From assembly GCA_963666565.1 (NCBI GenBank), contig OY762911.1, positions 2,400,001-2,464,000 of the forward strand: DNA of 64,000 bases, given 5' to 3'. The notes beneath the pieces were generated by a model that made no database searches, had not been told where the DNA came from, and saw only the letters and a list, made by a program, of their open reading frames with translations. Positions 59,139-64,000 of this stretch are shown here, one piece after another; position 1 is the first letter of the stretch, and each line of letters begins with the position of its first letter. The stretch comes from Thermoanaerobaculia bacterium (GTDB lineage Bacteria; Acidobacteriota; Thermoanaerobaculia; Multivoradales; Multivoraceae). Made by a program: the position numbers and the translations under genes.

Positions 59139-59510
59139 GTGATCGAGAGCATCAAGATCGGCAAGTCGACGATCGAGGGCGAGACGGTTGGCGGCGTGAC
59201 CGTCTGGGTGCCGGAGGGGCGGGTCGACGCCTCGAGCGCGCCCGACCTGGAGAAGGCGATGATGGACGAGATCGCGGAAGGCAGCGAGGCCGTCGTCCTC
59301 GACCTGGGCCTCACCCGCTACATGAGCAGCGCCGGGTTGCGCGTCGTGCTGGTCGTGGCGCGCGAACTCCAGGCGCGCGAGGGGCGGTTCGCCGTTTGCA
59401 GCCTGAACGACGAGGTGAAGGAGCTGTTCGAGGTCTCGGGCTTCAGCCTGATCGTGGGCATCGAGCCGGACCGGGACGCCGCGGTGGCGGCGGTGCGGCG
59501 CTCGGACTGA
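59139..59510 (+). CDS. STAS-domain anti-sigma factor antagonist
   Basis: GRVD, YMSSAGLRV phosphoacceptor motif, FEVSGF. Confidence 0.9.
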   Translation: MIESIKIGKSTIEGETVGGVTVWVPEGRVDASSAPDLEKAMMDEIAEGSEAVVLDLGLTRYMSSAGLRVVLVVARELQAREGRFAVCSLNDEVKELFEVSGFSLIVGIEPDRDAAVAAVRRSD

Positions 59511-59513
59511 GCG

Positions 59514-60848
59514 CTACAGCGTCCAGCCGTCCCGGTAGGTCGGCTGGATGTACTCCTTCGGCACCTCGACGCCGTTCGTCACCTTCAGCTTCTTCGGGTT
59601 CCAGACGATCTCCTGCTGGGTGCGGACCGCCAGGTTGCCGAGCAGCGCCGTCTCGGTCATCGGACCGGCGTGGTCGGCGAAGTTCGAGCCGTCGGGGTTC
59701 GTCGTGCCCGCCTTGATCGCGTCGAGCCACTGCTTGTAGTGGCCCTCGGTGCGCTCGTAGACCTGGGGCAGCGGGTTCTTCGCGATCTTCTCGTGCAGCT
59801 TCGACGGGTAGATCGTCGGCCTGCCGGAGTAGATGTCGGCGACGATCGCGCCCTTCGTGCCGACGAAGAGCTGGCCGCTGTTGCGCGGCGGCCACTTGCC
59901 TTCCCACACCTTGGGCATGGCCGGCGTCAGGTTGCCGTCGCGCCAGACGACCGTCATCTTCGGCCGGGTGCCGCGCGCCGGATACTCGAAGGTGATCCGC
60001 GTGGCCGCCGGGGCCGACTCCCTGAACAGCGGCGTCGATTCGGCGTACACGGACGACGGATCCCGCAGGTCGAAGATCCAGAACGCCGCGTCCATCGCGT
60101 GGCAGGCGATGTCGCCGATGGCGCCGGTCCCGAAGTCCCACCAGCCGCGCCAGGCGAACGGGTGGTAGTAGTCGGGGTGGTAGGGCCGCTCCGGCGCGGG
60201 GCCGAGCCAGAGGTCCCACTTGACGTGGTCCGGCACCTCGTGGACTTCCTCGGGCCGCTCGATCGCCTGGGGCCAGATCGGCCGGTTGGTCCAGTACTCG
60301 ATCCGGTTGACCTCGCCGATGACGCCGCCCTCGATCCACTCGCGGATCAGGCGGGCGCCTTCGGCGGCGTGGCCCTGGTTGCCCATCTGGGTCGCCGTCC
60401 CGGCCTTGCGGGCGGCCTTGCCGATCATCCGCGCCTCCCAGATCGTGCGCGTCAGCGGCTTCTGGGTGAAGACGTGGAGGCCGCGTTCGAGCGCCGCCGC
60501 GGTGATCACGGCGTGGGTGTGGTCGGCAGTCGAGACGAGGACCGCGTCCAGGTCGTCGTGGGCGTCCAGCAGTTCGCGGTAGTCGTGGTAGCGCTTCGCG
60601 TCCGGGTGGGCGGCGACGGTCTGCTCGGCGCGCTGCCAGTCGATGTCGCAGAGCGCCACGATGTTCTCGCTGGCGACGCCCTCGACGTCGCTGCGGCCCT
60701 TGCCGCCGGCGCCGATGGCCGCGATGTTCAGCTTGTCGCTGGGCGCTTCCTCGCCGCGACCGAGGACGTGGCGGGGAACGATCATCAGGCCGGCGCCGGC
60801 CGCTGCGGCGCCGAGCACGCTGCGGCGGCTCAGGTCTTGTTCGGGCAT
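59514..60848 (-). CDS. Tat-exported Gfo/Idh/MocA oxidoreductase
   Basis: SRRSVL Tat signal, QKPL, TQMGNQ, WRGWWDFGTGAIGD.ACH. Confidence 0.9.
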   Translation of the reverse strand: MPEQDLSRRSVLGAAAAGAGLMIVPRHVLGRGEEAPSDKLNIAAIGAGGKGRSDVEGVASENIVALCDIDWQRAEQTVAAHPDAKRYHDYRELLDAHDDLDAVLVSTADHTHAVITAAALERGLHVFTQKPLTRTIWEARMIGKAARKAGTATQMGNQGHAAEGARLIREWIEGGVIGEVNRIEYWTNRPIWPQAIERPEEVHEVPDHVKWDLWLGPAPERPYHPDYYHPFAWRGWWDFGTGAIGDIACHAMDAAFWIFDLRDPSSVYAESTPLFRESAPAATRITFEYPARGTRPKMTVVWRDGNLTPAMPKVWEGKWPPRNSGQLFVGTKGAIVADIYSGRPTIYPSKLHEKIAKNPLPQVYERTEGHYKQWLDAIKAGTTNPDGSNFADHAGPMTETALLGNLAVRTQQEIVWNPKKLKVTNGVEVPKEYIQPTYRDGWTL

Positions 60849-60915
60849 TGGGGAAGTGCCTTTCTTCGTCGAGGTCGGTGTGCGGTAGGTTAGCGCACTC
60901 GGAGGAACACGGAGG

Positions 60916-63117
60916 ATGTCGAGAACCGCCAGCAGTCTGCCGGGTCCGCGCCGTCTGCCGGGTGCGCGGGTCTTCCGACCCGCCCTGGGTGCGCGGGTCT
61001 TCCGACCCGCTGCCGCCGAAGGCGGCCATGGAACGCGCCGGCCGCTGGGTGCGCGGGTCTTCCGACCCGCTGCCGCCGAAGGCGGCCATCGAACGTGCCG
61101 GCCGGAGGCCGGCTCCGCTCTCCTCCCCGGCGCCTCCGCCGTGCTGGCCGTACTCTTCGGTCTAGCCGCAGCCGCCGCCGTGGCCGAAACCGGCGAGCAG
61201 GGCCGCTCCGCCCACGGCGAGTGGCGGCACCACGGCGGCGACCACGCCTCCAGCCGATACTCGCCGCTCGCCCAGATCGACGGTTCGAACTTCGGCCGGC
61301 TCGAAATCGCCTGGCGCTGGCGCACGGCGGATCACGACGTGCCGCTGGACGTGCTGCCCGGCTACGACACCGGCTTCTACCGCTCCGTGCCGCTGATGAT
61401 CGGCGGCCGCCTGTTCGCGCCGACCAGCCTGGGCCAGGTCGCCCTGCTCGAGCCGGCGACCGGCGAGCAGAAATGGGTCTACAACCCGAAGACCTGGGAA
61501 CGCGGCGGCACCACGATGCGGCCGGTCGGCGCTCGCGGCATCGAGTACTGGTCGGACGGCGAGAAGGAGCGCCTGTTCGTCGCCACGATCGGCCGCCAGC
61601 TCGTCTCCATCGACGCCGCCACCGGCTTGGCCGACCGAGCCTTCGGCGAGGACGGCACGGTGGACCTGGCCCGGGATCTCGGCCCCGGCGACTACGCGAT
61701 TCGCCACATCACCCACGGAGCGCCGCCGATCGTCGTCGGCACGAGCGTGATCGTCGGCTCGAAGATCTTCGACTACTCGATCCGGAGCGACGCGCCGCCC
61801 GGCCACGTCCGCGCCTACGACGTCCACACGGGCGAGTTCAAGTGGCGCTTCAACACGATCCCGCGCGACGACGAGTACGGGGTCGAGACCTGGGAGAACG
61901 AGTCCTGGCGCACGGCCGGCAACGCGAACGTGTGGACGTCGATGAGCGCGGACCACGAACTGGGCTACGTCTACCTGCCGACCAGCACGCCCTCGAACGA
62001 CTACTACGGCGCCGACCGGCCCGGCGACAACCTGTTCGCCGAGAGCCTCGTCTGCGTCGACGCGGAGACGGGCGAGCGCGTCTGGCACTTCCAGACCGTC
62101 CGCCACGGCATCTGGGACTACGACATCGCCTCGGCCCCGAACCTGCTCGACATCGTCGTCGACGGCAAGCTGGTCAAGGCGGTCGCCCAGGTCTCGAAGA
62201 CCGGTTTCACCTACGTCTTCGACCGGGCCACCGGCGAGCCGGTGTGGCCGATCGAGGACCGGCCGGTGAACCACGAATCGACCGTGCCGGGCGAGAAGCT
62301 GGCGGAGACACAGCCGTTTCCGACGAAGCCGCCGGCGTTCGAGAAGCAGGGAGTCAGCGAGGACGACCTGATCGACTGGACGCCGGAACTGCGGGAGGAG
62401 GCGCTCGAGATCGCCGGGAAGCTGATCCTGGCGCCGATGTTCCCGCCCCTGATCGTCCAGGGCGAAGGGGGCAAGGAGGGCGTCGTGGTCGTGCCCGGCG
62501 CGGCCGGCGGTGCGAACCACCCCGGAGCCTCCGTGGACCCGGCGACCGGCGTGCTCTTCGTCGAGTCGCAGAACCGGCCGGTCGGCATGTCCCTGATCGA
62601 GCCGGACGCGGCCCGCCGGCCGGACTGGCGCTACGTGATCGACTACGTCGACACCGGGGGCCCTCGCGGCCTGCCGCTGTTCAAGCCGCCGTACCGGACG
62701 ATCACCGCGATCGACCTGAACCGCGGCGAGCACCTCTGGCGGATCCCGGTCGGCCCCGGCCCCAGGGACCACCCGGCGATCGCGCATCTGAACCTCGGCG
62801 ACATGGGCACCCGCTACATCGGCATGCCGGCCGACGGCGGCCTGCTCGTCACCCGCACGCTCCTGATCGGCTTCCTGGCCCTGCCCGACGAGGAGAACCC
62901 CCGCACCAGCCGCGGCGGCCTCCTGCGCGCCTACGACAAGGCGACCGGCGAGGTGCTTGCGGAACTCGAGACCGACGTCTGGCTCCACGGCCCGCCGATG
63001 ACCTACATGCACGAAGGCCGACAGTACATCGTCATCGCCGGCGGCGGCGCCCGCAACCGCCGGATACCGGACGAGTTGATCGCCTTCGCCCTACCGGATT
63101 CCGAGATGGGAGGATAG
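60916..63117 (+). CDS. PQQ-dependent dehydrogenase
   Basis: YSPLAQID, HGIWDYD, PIEDRPV, PMTY; REP copies in the N-terminus so start uncertain. Confidence 0.88.
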   Translation: MSRTASSLPGPRRLPGARVFRPALGARVFRPAAAEGGHGTRRPLGARVFRPAAAEGGHRTCRPEAGSALLPGASAVLAVLFGLAAAAAVAETGEQGRSAHGEWRHHGGDHASSRYSPLAQIDGSNFGRLEIAWRWRTADHDVPLDVLPGYDTGFYRSVPLMIGGRLFAPTSLGQVALLEPATGEQKWVYNPKTWERGGTTMRPVGARGIEYWSDGEKERLFVATIGRQLVSIDAATGLADRAFGEDGTVDLARDLGPGDYAIRHITHGAPPIVVGTSVIVGSKIFDYSIRSDAPPGHVRAYDVHTGEFKWRFNTIPRDDEYGVETWENESWRTAGNANVWTSMSADHELGYVYLPTSTPSNDYYGADRPGDNLFAESLVCVDAETGERVWHFQTVRHGIWDYDIASAPNLLDIVVDGKLVKAVAQVSKTGFTYVFDRATGEPVWPIEDRPVNHESTVPGEKLAETQPFPTKPPAFEKQGVSEDDLIDWTPELREEALEIAGKLILAPMFPPLIVQGEGGKEGVVVVPGAAGGANHPGASVDPATGVLFVESQNRPVGMSLIEPDAARRPDWRYVIDYVDTGGPRGLPLFKPPYRTITAIDLNRGEHLWRIPVGPGPRDHPAIAHLNLGDMGTRYIGMPADGGLLVTRTLLIGFLALPDEENPRTSRGGLLRAYDKATGEVLAELETDVWLHGPPMTYMHEGRQYIVIAGGGARNRRIPDELIAFALPDSEMGG
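60960..61087 (+). repeat. Three REP-like units
   Basis: Copies at 60960, 60987, 61047; two carry a TGCCGCCGAAGGCGGC tail. Confidence 0.9.
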
Positions 63118-63121
63118 GACC

Positions 63122-63991
63122 ATGCTTCGACGATTCTGGGATCACTGGGTGCGCGGGTCTTCTGACCCGCATCTGTCGGTGTGCGGGTCTGTCATGCGGA
63201 CGCCCGCTGACGGGCATCCGCATGGTTCGCGGCTGGCGCTCGGAGCGCGCCAGCCGGGTGCCGACCCGCACCCGGCGCAAAGCGCCGGCCTCCGGACACT
63301 GTTCGCAGTCGCCGCGCTCACGCTGCTCGCCGCTCCGCCCGCATCCGCCGCCGACTGCACCCCCCTCGAGTCCGAAGGCGGCGTCACCGTCGAGTCCTGC
63401 CCCGTCGACAACGCCGACTACCCGACCGTGCGCGCCCGAACCGTCGTCAGGGGCGCAATGCCCGCCGTGATCGCGCTGCTCGACGACGCCGGCGCCTGTC
63501 CCGAGTGGCAAGCCATGTGCGAAGAAGAGACGGCGACGCCGCTGGACGCCCCGTTCCGGACTCTCCGGCAGCGCGTGTCGGGCAAGGGCATCAGCCGCCG
63601 CATCTCGATGAACACCTCGGCCTGGTGGCGGACCGCCGACGGCCGGGTCATCGGCGACATGGCCGGCACCGACGACCGGACGCCGGCCTTCAAGGGCAAG
63701 CGGGTCCTCTGCATGCACGCCCGCTGGTTCCTCTCTCCGGGCGAGCAGGAAGGCACGGTCGAGGTCGTCCAGGAGAGCGTCAGCGACCCGCAGCCGCCGT
63801 TCGGCATGGGGCAGAGGGTAGTGACGCCGCGCACCGCGAAGACGATGCTGGAGACCTTCACGAACCTCGGCGCCCGGATCGCCGGCGGCCGGCACGGCGC
63901 CGGCCCCGCCGTCGAGTCGCTGCCGCCGCTGGAAGGCGACCTCCCCGGCATCGGCGAAGAGTTCGCTCGCTGCCAGGCCGCCCGCAAGTAA
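63122..63991 (+). CDS. Secreted START/SRPBCC-like protein
   Basis: VRARTVV, LLDD...PEW, W.L.P...TVEV...SDP; start uncertain. Confidence 0.55.
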   Translation: MLRRFWDHWVRGSSDPHLSVCGSVMRTPADGHPHGSRLALGARQPGADPHPAQSAGLRTLFAVAALTLLAAPPASAADCTPLESEGGVTVESCPVDNADYPTVRARTVVRGAMPAVIALLDDAGACPEWQAMCEEETATPLDAPFRTLRQRVSGKGISRRISMNTSAWWRTADGRVIGDMAGTDDRTPAFKGKRVLCMHARWFLSPGEQEGTVEVVQESVSDPQPPFGMGQRVVTPRTAKTMLETFTNLGARIAGGRHGAGPAVESLPPLEGDLPGIGEEFARCQAARK

Positions 63992-64000
63992 CGCCCCCTG

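Overview
GC-rich bacterial window; a GWxTD/VWA protein suggests Acidobacteriota (inference). Most of it is housekeeping and accessory genes: a metal-homeostasis cluster (permease-HMA, DtxR-FeoA, feoB, rpmE2), leuS, an aminolipid-type acyltransferase operon, PQQ and Gfo/Idh/MocA oxidoreductases, lipid A-modifying enzymes, and an NCS2/GPP34/STAS module. About 22 copies of a 24-bp REP-like hairpin are scattered through it, some inside coding sequences. The centre (about 30.4-47.5 kb) is a defence island: vapBC, higA plus a higB remnant split by an unusual TIR-less 1.86-kb element, a 43-repeat type I-E CRISPR array, a complete I-E cas operon, a DEDDh exonuclease and a second vapBC. The best lead is the 600-bp gap between cas3 and cas8e. 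It holds a degenerate mini-CRISPR whose single spacer matches a site about 400 bp away, over a predicted promoter, mismatching only at positions 6 and 18 of the first 22. Between that promoter and the mini-CRISPR lies a tRNA-shaped RNA with an aberrant anticodon loop. This suggests a Cascade-repressed unit (CreR/CreTA-like) whose cargo may be a tRNA mimic. All calls come from reading the sequence by eye; no searches or folding programs were run.
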